IMG/VR virus record: IMGVR_UViG_3300027983_002383
Reading direction: 5' to 3' (one strand)
From: a virus
Length of the DNA stretch: 64,000 bases
This document shows, piece by piece, positions 55,489 through 64,000 of the stretch (position 1 is the first letter of the stretch; the number at the start of each line of letters is the position of its first letter). The translations under genes were made by a program, and so were the position numbers. The notes under the pieces were generated by a model, which worked only from the letters and a program-made list of their open reading frames with translations, made no database searches and had not been told where the DNA came from.

Positions 55489-57288
55489 ATTCACCTTAAC
55501 ATTAACATTATTTTCCATTCCCCATTCTTGGAACGATGAGGCGTGTGGTTCCCTATCCTCCCACATCTCTATAGAGTTGACTTGAGGGTACCTACTCATT
55601 AATGTGGTGATAGTATTTAATTTACTACTTAAAGTGTTACCATCCTCTTTATAATGATATTCACTGAAAAATATATTATTCATAGATAATAGTTCCTTAA
55701 TTTGATCATCTTGGTGTGGTAATCTCCCTGTTAACATTATAACAAGTGTGTTTGGATCTTTCATCTCTAATTTATAGTCCTCCACAGTAGAGACTATAGG
55801 TTCAATATTAAATACAGCATCATCTAATGATTCTGGTTTACTCCACCACCCTATATGGGGATATTTCTTATCATAAAAATCTTCCCATTCTTTTTTCCCT
55901 TCTTCTGGGTGTGGTGTTCTCATTAATGTACCATCAAAATCGAAGATAGATATTTTAGTAATATCTTCTACAGATTCTTTTAATAATCTTTTATTATATT
56001 TAACACTCTCATTTAAGTCTAACACACCACCTAAAACCCAATCAGATAGGTTATCCCATGGTATATTATGGTTCTTACCATTATAGGTTATTGTTATTTT
56101 TTTATTTTTATAGTCTACATTTCCAGTATGAAAAGATATTTTATTATCTCTACTTCTATAGGAACCAGTTATGTGTGATGATATTTCCACAAACCCCAAC
56201 TTTTCTATAATGCTAAAAAACACTTCTCTATCTTTAATAAGTTCTTTAATGTCAACACCACCATCTTCACTAATTTTATTTATCACCCTTTCTAAAGAAT
56301 CGTTTAAATCACTAATGACCGTCTGACTACCATCATCAGATAACCAATTGTCATAATAACCGTCATAAAGGTTAACGTCAGGTTGTATCTCTAACTCTTT
56401 TAAATCAGAAAGATTTATCACATCTTCGTTTTTAACTATATATAATAAATCATTGTATGGTATGGTAATACACATTCTACCACATGTACATGAACCGTCA
56501 ACGTTGTATTTTATTTCAGAATTGTAAGCTTCTATAGTTCCAGCATTTCTAGCTTCAGTAAGTTCCATACTTATGGTTGATAAGAATTCATTCGTTATAT
56601 CTTCATAATGATTTTGTGGTAGTGTTGTAGATAAGAATTTATTAATTTCCTCATTCTCAATATTAACCCCACCCTTACCTGGCCAAACATTTTTACCGAC
56701 TAACAACGCAATTGTTTCGAAATGTTCTTTTGTTGTATCATTAACAAAAGAATCCATATAATGTAATTCACCCTCATCCACCTCATCATAATAACCACCA
56801 TAATGACTATTGGCATGATGGTAAAAATGTAGTGAGTCATCATCTAAACCAGAAAAATGTTCTTCCCATTGTTCATTACTTAAATTTAATTCAGCTCCTT
56901 CATTATTCCATTCTATCGATGGTGTATTGCCTCTGTAAACACCACCACAACCCGTATGAAACCAATCACCATAAAGTTTTTCTAACTCATCGTTGTGGTT
57001 ATCAACCATATCCTCAAGGAACTTCTCTCTTTCAGGTTTTATTAATAGAGACATTTTTGTTACGAACTTTATTAAAGGAGTCTCACCTCTATCTATCTCC
57101 ATTTCTTTATAGTCGACACCTTTTTTCTGATTAAAATACCACAACCTATAAATGTCTATTGCCTCATCTTGGGTTAACCCCATATGTGTGACAAGTTCTT
57201 TCATCGCACTATTTTTACTGTTAGTATGTTTAACAATATCATCTAAATACCTTAGTGAGCTTAACTCGAACCTACTTAATTTACCCAT
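55477..57288 (-). CDS. acidic virion-like domain fused via LNES/LLKES linker to HAD phosphatase (Swiss-Army-Knife RNA-repair type)
   Basis: LDLNESVKYNKRLLKES then IFDFDGTL.RTP, WW..P.SL, MLTGR, WEDR..H. Confidence 0.7.
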   Translation of the reverse strand: MGKLSRFELSSLRYLDDIVKHTNSKNSAMKELVTHMGLTQDEAIDIYRLWYFNQKKGVDYKEMEIDRGETPLIKFVTKMSLLIKPEREKFLEDMVDNHNDELEKLYGDWFHTGCGGVYRGNTPSIEWNNEGAELNLSNEQWEEHFSGLDDDSLHFYHHANSHYGGYYDEVDEGELHYMDSFVNDTTKEHFETIALLVGKNVWPGKGGVNIENEEINKFLSTTLPQNHYEDITNEFLSTISMELTEARNAGTIEAYNSEIKYNVDGSCTCGRMCITIPYNDLLYIVKNEDVINLSDLKELEIQPDVNLYDGYYDNWLSDDGSQTVISDLNDSLERVINKISEDGGVDIKELIKDREVFFSIIEKLGFVEISSHITGSYRSRDNKISFHTGNVDYKNKKITITYNGKNHNIPWDNLSDWVLGGVLDLNESVKYNKRLLKESVEDITKISIFDFDGTLMRTPHPEEGKKEWEDFYDKKYPHIGWWSKPESLDDAVFNIEPIVSTVEDYKLEMKDPNTLVIMLTGRLPHQDDQIKELLSMNNIFFSEYHYKEDGNTLSSKLNTITTLMSRYPQVNSIEMWEDREPHASSFQEWGMENNVNVKVNLVK

Positions 57289-57357
57289 ATTTTATAATTA
57301 TATTAAATAAATATTAAAAAAACACCTTTAAAATTTTTTTTATCGGAAATAAATGAC

Positions 57358-57365
57358 TATATTTG
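57358..57365 (+). promoter_or_regulatory. Bacteroidota-type -7 element
   Basis: TATATTTG upstream of 57387. Confidence 0.6.
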
Positions 57366-57386
57366 TTTAAATAAAAAATAATAACT

Positions 57387-58181
57387 ATGGAATATTTAAA
57401 TTTAAGTGAAATCGAAAAAAGTTGTCCTTCATCTTTAACACAAACTCAGGCATCAAATCTATCACACATCTACAAGTTTATCCCAACGACAGAAGTGATG
57501 GATATTTTAGGGGAGCAAGGTTGGTACCCAACCCAAGCAGTCCAAGTGAAAACCAGAAAAGGTAATGAAGACAAAAAACCTTATAAGAAACATATGGTGA
57601 GATTTCGTAATAAAAATAATGATACAATGTCAAAAGAAATGGGTGATACCCACCCAGAGATAGTTTTAACTAATTCTCACGATGGGTCATCCTCTTTTAA
57701 GTTTCACGTTGGACTTTTCAGATTGGTTTGTAGTAATGGGTTAGTAGTGGCGGATAAAACATTTGATCAGTTTAGGGTGATGCACAAAGGGTTTAAAAAA
57801 GAAGACGTTCTGAAAGCTATCACCATGGCTACTGAAAGAATCCCTTATGTAGTAGGGAACGTTCAAAATATGATGGATAAAAAACTTAGTAAGAGTCAAC
57901 AATATGATTTTGCTAAAACCGCAGCTGAACGCAGATGGGGTGAAGATAAAATGATTGACCTTAATCAGATGTTACATGTTAGAAGATCAGAAGATGCTGG
58001 AGATGATTTATGGAGTGTCTTTAACAGGGTACAAGAAAATATATTACAGGGTGGAATATTAACAGTAACACCAAAGGAAAATGGTAAGGTTCGTAACTCT
58101 AGAAGTAGAGCAATACGTTCAATCGACCAAAATTTAGAGGTAAATAAAATGTTGTGGACTCTATCTGAAACTATGATGTAA
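57387..58181 (+). CDS. DUF932/DUF945 family protein
   Basis: Y.FIPT..V, KH.VRFR, NSHDG.SSF....GLFRLVC.NG, DLWSVFNRVQEN. Confidence 0.88.
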   Translation: MEYLNLSEIEKSCPSSLTQTQASNLSHIYKFIPTTEVMDILGEQGWYPTQAVQVKTRKGNEDKKPYKKHMVRFRNKNNDTMSKEMGDTHPEIVLTNSHDGSSSFKFHVGLFRLVCSNGLVVADKTFDQFRVMHKGFKKEDVLKAITMATERIPYVVGNVQNMMDKKLSKSQQYDFAKTAAERRWGEDKMIDLNQMLHVRRSEDAGDDLWSVFNRVQENILQGGILTVTPKENGKVRNSRSRAIRSIDQNLEVNKMLWTLSETMM

Positions 58182-58206
58182 AACATAGTAGTTTGTTTTA
58201 ATAAAG

Positions 58207-58232
58207 AAAGGGTGAGAAATCACCTTTTTTTT
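58207..58232 (+). terminator. intrinsic terminator
   Basis: GGTGA-GAAA-TCACC plus T-run. Confidence 0.8.
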
Positions 58233-58287
58233 ATTATAAATTGTAACATTTATAGTCTTTTAGATATTTATAATTAAAACTGATTAA

Positions 58288-58887
58288 ATGGTAGAAATAA
58301 TAGTGGCATTTTTAATAGGTGTCTTAGGTCCAATATCAATTATATATGTTAAACATGAGCTTTATAAGAAAAAAAAACCATGTATGGTTACTGAAGCATT
58401 AGAACTGGGGGAATTGGTTACTTATAAAATTGAAGGAATTAAAGAAGGGGTTAAAGCAGATAGAGTTTGGGTAACACAATTCCATAATGGTGGGAACTTT
58501 TACCCCACAGGAAAATCTATAACTAAATTTTCTGTTATATATGAATCAGTTAGCACTGGGGTGTCCTCAGTACAAGGTAATTTCCAGAACATTCCTGTTA
58601 ATCTATTTTCAAAATCATTAAATCATTTGGCACATAATGATACTATCGAAATATCCGATTACACAGATAATAAAGTTGCAACGTATGGGTTAAGATATGC
58701 TGCTGAAGAGTATAATGGGAAATCGGGTTACTTATTCGCAATAAAATCTATAGATGGTAAGTTTATCGGAGTTTTAGGGTTAGACTACACTAAAAAGAAA
58801 ACAAAGTTATCTGGTGATCAAGTCAATAGTATTATGAATGATGTATCTACTATAGGTGGTGTTCTTATGGCTCACTTAGTGGATTAG
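58288..58887 (+). CDS. N-terminal TM + GAF-like domain, T4 gpT-type holin candidate
   Basis: TM at residues 3-21; ADRVW..QFHNGG, IG.LG.DY; ATATTTAT at 58264. Confidence 0.55.
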   Translation: MVEIIVAFLIGVLGPISIIYVKHELYKKKKPCMVTEALELGELVTYKIEGIKEGVKADRVWVTQFHNGGNFYPTGKSITKFSVIYESVSTGVSSVQGNFQNIPVNLFSKSLNHLAHNDTIEISDYTDNKVATYGLRYAAEEYNGKSGYLFAIKSIDGKFIGVLGLDYTKKKTKLSGDQVNSIMNDVSTIGGVLMAHLVD

Positions 58888-59098
58888 AAAAGAGTAAAGG
58901 ATTATCCTCCATCACAGAATCATTTATAATTTTAAAATAATTACCGTTTGGTGTGTTTTCCCCCTGTTTAATACTGATTAAAACTTGCCATTCATCTTCT
59001 TTTAAATTAACTAGGTAAAATTTCTTAAAATCATCCCCATAATTTTTACTTAATATTTTTTTAAGTTCTAATATTAAATGTTCCGTATCTTTATCCAT
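58865..59098 (-). CDS. small hypothetical protein
   Basis: ORF; ATATTTAT on its strand at 59117..59124. Confidence 0.6.
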   Translation of the reverse strand: MDKDTEHLILELKKILSKNYGDDFKKFYLVNLKEDEWQVLISIKQGENTPNGNYFKIINDSVMEDNPLLFSNPLSEP

Positions 59099-59191
59099 AT
59101 AGTAGTAAACTTTCTTATAAATATAGTGTAAAATTATTTAAAATAAAGGAATAATGTTGATTATTTAAATAAAAATGATTATCATTGTTTT

Positions 59192-59617
59192 ATGATGGGA
59201 AATGACGCAATAAAAAATGCTTTACTGAAATATTTAGAAGGTGAAAAATCTTTAGTGAATAATAGTATAAGTGATCTAAAATCAGAGGTAGATGTTATTA
59301 AGATAATGAGAGATAAGATTGATGATAACATATTGAAAACAAAAATTAGTGTTATTAATAGTAGTACACATCTTTTAATTGATAAAATCCATAGGGACGA
59401 TAAAGAAGGTGTGTTACAGATATTAAAAAACACCAGAGATAAGACAGTTTTCTACGATTTTATAGAGTCAATGAATGAGTTATTAATAAATTACTACAAA
59501 TATGAGGAGAATTATAAAAATGAATCTCCAGAACTGATGGATTTAAAAGAAACATTTGTTTTAAATGATCATAAATTAACTGAATTAATTACTGAAATAA
59601 GTTTGGATAGTAAATAA
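59192..59617 (+). CDS. helical hypothetical protein
   Basis: ORF. Confidence 0.65.
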   Translation: MMGNDAIKNALLKYLEGEKSLVNNSISDLKSEVDVIKIMRDKIDDNILKTKISVINSSTHLLIDKIHRDDKEGVLQILKNTRDKTVFYDFIESMNELLINYYKYEENYKNESPELMDLKETFVLNDHKLTELITEISLDSK

Positions 59618-59728
59618 TTTATGGGAAATAGTAAGGTAAATGAGGTAGTATCTTTAATTAGTTTTTTAATTTCATTGGGGTGGTTAATCTACGTCATACA
59701 TATAATACGAAAATAATAAATAATAATT

Positions 59729-60088
59729 ATGAAAGTTAAATTAGATAGAATTAATGGGTCCATCATTAAAGATAACGACACATATAAGATAGAAGATAAC
59801 ACCCACTTGAACCACTTGACGTTATCAACCACCCACTTAAATCCTGGACAAAAGACAAGTGGACATTCCCATAAAAATCAAGAAGAGGTTTATATCTTTA
59901 CTAGTGGTCATGGAACAATGATTATTGGTGAGAATAATTATAGTGCTCTCTCTGGGGATACCTTCTTAATCCCTGTTGATACATTCCACCAAGTGATAAA
60001 TGGGAGTGATGACAACCCATGTAATTTTACATGTATCTTTGAAAAATACGATCGTAATGGTGACGTTGCTGAATATAAAAAAGATTAA
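59729..60088 (+). CDS. cupin domain protein
   Basis: L.PG..TSGHSH..QEEVY.F.SG.G, GD..LIP...FH.V.N. Confidence 0.88.
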   Translation: MKVKLDRINGSIIKDNDTYKIEDNTHLNHLTLSTTHLNPGQKTSGHSHKNQEEVYIFTSGHGTMIIGENNYSALSGDTFLIPVDTFHQVINGSDDNPCNFTCIFEKYDRNGDVAEYKKD

Positions 60089-60107
60089 GGGTGTGTTAGA
60101 TACTTTG

Positions 60108-60833
60108 TCAATCTAATTTCTCAACAGATAATAGGGTTGACCCCTTACCTTTATTTTTTAAAGTGACTTCTTCTTCGTGTGGATAATAGATGTTATTAAA
60201 TAAGGTATTGAAAACATCTATTTGTTCCTTTTTCGCAATCAACTTTAATAAGGTAGGGTCACCCTCACCACCACCATAAATAGAACCTTTATTATAATGG
60301 TTATCAAGTAATTCTCTTTTATTAGTTGTGTAATGGTCACCAATAAATTCCTCATCAATATTGTTATCATCGTCAATATATAATAAACGATATAAGATAA
60401 TCTCATTGGGTAGGTTATTTAACCAATACAGCAATTCAATTAAGCTCTCTTCGTATAATTCTTGATCCATCCCCATTTCAGTGTAAGCTTGATATAATAG
60501 GGTTTTTTCTCTATTAGATATGGTAATCTTTTTATTTTTCATTTGGGATTCATTAAGGTTACCTTTAGAACTTACTTTATCGTTAATAGTTCTAACAAAT
60601 TCTTTCCATATGTATTCCATTTCATTATCATCTTTTATCCCATACGTATTTTTACAATGATTGAAGAATGAATCATGGAAGAAAGTATTTTTACTAGTTG
60701 GGAAATGGAAAAGGGACATCGAATTCCCTGAAGTGAAAGGTGGTTTTATTGTCCCCATTGACCCCTCACTATAATCTATTACTGTCTCATCTACAATCTG
60801 AGCAACTACCTTATCTAAGAAATTATTATTCAT
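60108..60833 (-). CDS. repeat module + LNES linker + putative ADP-ribosyltransferase-fold domain
   Basis: Module FLDKVV..IV.ET...HCK..YG; then LYR, HYTT, PHEEEVTL (R-S-E-like). Confidence 0.45.
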   Translation of the reverse strand: MNNNFLDKVVAQIVDETVIDYSEGSMGTIKPPFTSGNSMSLFHFPTSKNTFFHDSFFNHCKNTYGIKDDNEMEYIWKEFVRTINDKVSSKGNLNESQMKNKKITISNREKTLLYQAYTEMGMDQELYEESLIELLYWLNNLPNEIILYRLLYIDDDNNIDEEFIGDHYTTNKRELLDNHYNKGSIYGGGEGDPTLLKLIAKKEQIDVFNTLFNNIYYPHEEEVTLKNKGKGSTLLSVEKLD

Positions 60834-60925
60834 ATTATATCACCTTCTTCATAAGTTGCATACTTCTCTTGTGCAAAACTTGTCATACCCAGCATCAGGG
60901 TTATAGCTAATGTTAACTTTTTCAT
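60830..60925 (-). pseudogene. signal-peptide-only remnant ORF (31 aa)
   Basis: MKKLTLAITLMLGMTSFAQEKYATYEEGDII stop. Confidence 0.4.
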
Positions 60926-60926
60926 T

Positions 60927-61574
60927 TTAATTGTATTTATTGTTATTTATTGTTATTTTATTAATAATATGTATAGTAATAGTGTTGTGTGAGTCTACTT
61001 TAGGGGCATTATTATCTTCAAAATAACCTATACAATTAGTAGAGTTGTTTACACAATTAACCTCTGTCTTATTACATTTATAGCACCAAAGTTCATCATC
61101 AGTATAGTCAACATCAACTTCATCAATACCACCTAGCTTACAATACTTCTCTATGAATGCTTGTGATGGTTTAGGTAATGGTTTTTTGTACATATGAACA
61201 TCCTCTTCAACTATCTCATTAGTGTGAAGTTTAGGGTCAGTAGATGCTATGATTTTCTTACAATCTACATATACATCACTAAAATTATTTTGTGGTACTG
61301 TTGCGTCAGAATGAATAAACCAATCACCTTCTTTAATCTCTTCACCTGTTGTGAAGTATAGGTGTTGAGGTTGCCACATAGTGTTACAATTAGCCACACC
61401 TTCTCTTCCATTCGCTGATTGTAACATACCATCTTTAGTTCTTTTAGATAACATTGAACATTTATCAATGAACTCTAAAAACTCAGACTTTGCTTTTGCA
61501 TCTAGTATTAATCCTGATTTCTTTGAAACATACATGTAAACGTTTCCTTGTGATTTACCTGGCTTAATTACCAC
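60927..61574 (-). CDS. phage hypothetical protein, start uncertain
   Basis: QHLYFT...EIKEGDW, CKKIIASTD, LP.PSQ.FIEKY pattern; GTG start or internal ATG. Confidence 0.6.
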   Translation of the reverse strand: MVIKPGKSQGNVYMYVSKKSGLILDAKAKSEFLEFIDKCSMLSKRTKDGMLQSANGREGVANCNTMWQPQHLYFTTGEEIKEGDWFIHSDATVPQNNFSDVYVDCKKIIASTDPKLHTNEIVEEDVHMYKKPLPKPSQAFIEKYCKLGGIDEVDVDYTDDELWCYKCNKTEVNCVNNSTNCIGYFEDNNAPKVDSHNTITIHIINKITINNNKYN

Positions 61575-63130
61575 GTTGATTTAGGTAATTGATTTCTCAT
61601 TATATTATGTATTAATTCTTTATATTCTTCAAAAACAACCCAAGCTTCCTCTTTAGATAAACCATAATTTTCCATTACCCCATGAATGAAGATAACTTTC
61701 GGTACTGCTTCATACCACATATGGGGGATTTTATTATCATTATAGGTAACAAATGGGTATTTTACCCTTATATGTGGGTGACCATCTACTTTTATTATGT
61801 CAGTAGACTTAACCATATAATCAACCATTTTAGGTATAAACTTTTTAACACTACCTGTGGATTTTGTGGACTCACTGACATTACCTTTAGAGTTAAATTT
61901 ATCTCTAAAAGTTTTTTTATACTCTGACCATACATATTCTATCTCTTCTTTATCCTTTAACCCATATATATCTTTACAATGTATTTTAAAATAATAAGGT
62001 GGAATTTCTATGGGGTGAAGTTTGTCATAAGAGATGACGAATGGTGAGATAGTGAATAGGGTTTTTATCATTTCCCTCTTATAACATATCTCAGTTTCAC
62101 TAACTAGTTGATCAACTATCTTATGTAGAAACTTTTTATCAACAGACTCATTTAGGTAATCCAAACCCAATCTTCTAAGATGTGGGGGGAGATTTTCTTT
62201 TTTAGATAACACCATATTAATAATGTGTTCATCATACCTACCCCAAAATAACTCATCAATTTCTTTATGATTTAACCCGTAGATATTTTCTAATTGTTCA
62301 TATAAACATTCAGGTATACCTATGAAATATGGTGCAACACTTCCCCAACTTATCATGACTTGAATATTTTTACATATACCGCCATATAAATCAATACTAC
62401 TAAATGATGAATCTCTCCATTTAGTATTCTCAACTAGTTCGTTATAAACAAAGTTTAATAAATCTTCTTGACTACCACGACTATATATACCCTCATTAAC
62501 ATTAGTTTTATTGTGGTTAGATAATTTGGTAACCCAATCCTCCTCAACATTACATATTTGTAATGTTTTTAAATTATTTAATACAGGTAATCTTTGTTCT
62601 AGTATTGTGCGTATAATATCTCTTATTTCAGAGATAACTTCCCACCCGAAATCACTATTACTTGTCACCTCCCTTATTGTCCATTCTCTACCCTCATCAT
62701 CCCTTTCCGGTCCATATAAATAAACTGTACCATTTACATCTACGTCAACATCAATGTCAATTAAATCCCCGACACCACTAAATAAATTAGATTCGTCTTT
62801 ATCGAATATATCATTTGAGAGATAAACATTGTCAACTTCAAAAGTAAATTCATAATTACCTGTACCGATCCATTTAGGGTTGCTAGTGTCAAATATTTCA
62901 CCCTTTAGTGAATTAATAACACTTACTTCGTAATCAACAATTTCAAGATACTCCTCTTTAGATATGGAGTATATATTTTTAAGATCCACTCTACTTAATA
63001 ATGGGTCACTTTTTATGTGGTCCATTATTTTAGAAGTGTATTCAGATTCTGTTAAAATATTACTTTTATTAACACCACTAATTTTAGAGTTTAATCTTTC
63101 GTTCTTCAGTATTTTACTATAATTACTCAT
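61568..63130 (-). CDS. modular polyprotein-like protein with three ~80-aa repeat modules
   Basis: ILTES leader; linkers NVNEG, YLNES, NVSES; modules end in YGL..E....W/F. Confidence 0.7.
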   Translation of the reverse strand: MSNYSKILKNERLNSKISGVNKSNILTESEYTSKIMDHIKSDPLLSRVDLKNIYSISKEEYLEIVDYEVSVINSLKGEIFDTSNPKWIGTGNYEFTFEVDNVYLSNDIFDKDESNLFSGVGDLIDIDVDVDVNGTVYLYGPERDDEGREWTIREVTSNSDFGWEVISEIRDIIRTILEQRLPVLNNLKTLQICNVEEDWVTKLSNHNKTNVNEGIYSRGSQEDLLNFVYNELVENTKWRDSSFSSIDLYGGICKNIQVMISWGSVAPYFIGIPECLYEQLENIYGLNHKEIDELFWGRYDEHIINMVLSKKENLPPHLRRLGLDYLNESVDKKFLHKIVDQLVSETEICYKREMIKTLFTISPFVISYDKLHPIEIPPYYFKIHCKDIYGLKDKEEIEYVWSEYKKTFRDKFNSKGNVSESTKSTGSVKKFIPKMVDYMVKSTDIIKVDGHPHIRVKYPFVTYNDNKIPHMWYEAVPKVIFIHGVMENYGLSKEEAWVVFEEYKELIHNIMRNQLPKSTW

Positions 63131-63150
63131 TAACACTTTATTATATTGAT

Positions 63151-63162
63151 ATAAATATTTAT
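63151..63162. promoter_or_regulatory. palindromic ATAAATATTTAT, double late-type motif
   Basis: Perfect 12-bp palindrome at divergent junction. Confidence 0.45.
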
Positions 63163-63457
63163 AATTATAATAAAGTGAAAAATATTATGGATAAGTTTAA
63201 TTTAATTTCAACACACCCAATAAAAAATCAGATTTAGGGTTTCATGGAAACCTCTTCGGGGGTAAATTACTGACTATGTAAAAAATAATTTACTATGAAT
63301 TATAGAAAATTATGGGAAGGTAATTCACCATAACAACACATCAAAAAAGGGCTTATGATAGAAAATACTATTACCACTATTTTAACAATAAAGTTATTTT
63401 TTAAAGGTGAGTTAAAGTTCATAAAATTTAGATGATATGATTTAAAATTTTATTTAA

Positions 63458-63489
63458 TTTGGTTTATCCAATAAAATAGCTTATATTTG
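63458..63489 (+). promoter_or_regulatory. Bacteroidota-type promoter
   Basis: TTTG-20-TATATTTG. Confidence 0.7.
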
Positions 63490-63655
63490 TTTTATAAAAT
63501 TAATCGTTTTGTACTATACAATGAAGAATATTGAATAAAATTTTGAGGAGGACACGAATGTCTCTTACAAAAACACTTATGATTTTTAGGTATACTATGA
63601 GAGGTTTAAGGTGGACTGAATTAAAAATTACTAAAAAAGTAACTTATTAATAATT

Positions 63656-64000
63656 ATGAAACTATGATAACTAAATTCCATCACAGTAAAGATATACTAA
63701 AAGAAGATACTTTAACTGTTAATCAAACAAACATATCTTTCGATGATCTTTATTCTAGTTTATGGGTTAAGATGTTGAATAGAGTATGTAGAAAATATAC
63801 TATAGATAATGATAAGGCTCAAGACTATTGTCAAAATGGATTTATAAAAGTATATAACAACATCCATAAATATGTTGGTAAAGGTTCATTAGAGGGTTGG
63901 GTGTCACGAGTAATAAGTAATAGTATCTTAGATGAGTTAAGGGGAGGTAGGGTCGAAATAACTGATGGTGGATTAGAGGGTTTTGATTTAACAAGTATCA
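63656..64000 (+). CDS. ECF-type sigma-70 factor, 3'-truncated by window edge (not in ORF track)
   Basis: FDDLY...W.KM...VCRKY..D.DKAQDYCQNGFIKVY.NIHKY.GKGSLEGWV.RVI.N.ILDELR (region 2). Confidence 0.85.

Noticed and set aside
57-62723. Numerous antisense or alternate-frame ORFs in the track (e.g. 57..287, 3718..4095, 13630..14007, 31402..31947, 36117..36533, 40153..40614, 56832..57134)
   Set aside because: Fully overlap stronger genes and show the S/L/F/I-rich composition of shadow ORFs
1-64000. Stop-codon reassignment (TAG or TGA), as in some huge phages
   Set aside because: Conserved enzymes are intact under code 11, and genes ending in TAG/TGA are followed by new starts in other frames, terminators or convergent genes
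1-64000. Bacterial chromosome or eukaryotic NCLDV origin
   Set aside because: Isolated single housekeeping genes amid many small unknown ORFs, gp46-like ATPase, endolysin, bacterial promoters and terminators and phage bS21 fit a huge phage

Overview
AT-rich, gene-dense segment of a very large (huge/jumbo) dsDNA tailed-phage genome, standard genetic code 11, mostly + strand. The host is most likely Bacteroidota/Flavobacteriia: TTTG-N19-20-TATATTTG promoters, no Shine-Dalgarno sites, phage bS21 and an Hc1-like protein. Contents: C-terminal half of an SMC/gp46-like ATPase, two sigma factors, lysis/envelope genes, DnaJ, SlyD-like PPIase, thioredoxin, two DNA methyltransferases beside a putative nuclease, GH16, sulfatase, LOG and YspA SLOG proteins, tRNA-Ile2(CAT), a CCA-adding-type enzyme, an HD alarmone hydrolase, ferritin and bS21. 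Four observations stand out. (1) About 15 proteins share an N-terminal MK(I/V)xLTExQYKxL(L/I)xE-type leader or internal (I/L)xE linkers, fused to varied enzymatic cargo; this suggests a capsid-packaging/protease-release system, and a stand-alone leader-only minigene also occurs. (2) A locus with an unannotated ArfA-like minigene, a DUF2828 (TROVE/vWA, Ro-like) gene, a boxA-like site and two related structured ncRNA candidates. (3) Three attC-like sites separating small gene cassettes, one attC enclosing an ORF. (4) Three distinct promoter classes. All family assignments are motif recognition by eye; no database searches were run.
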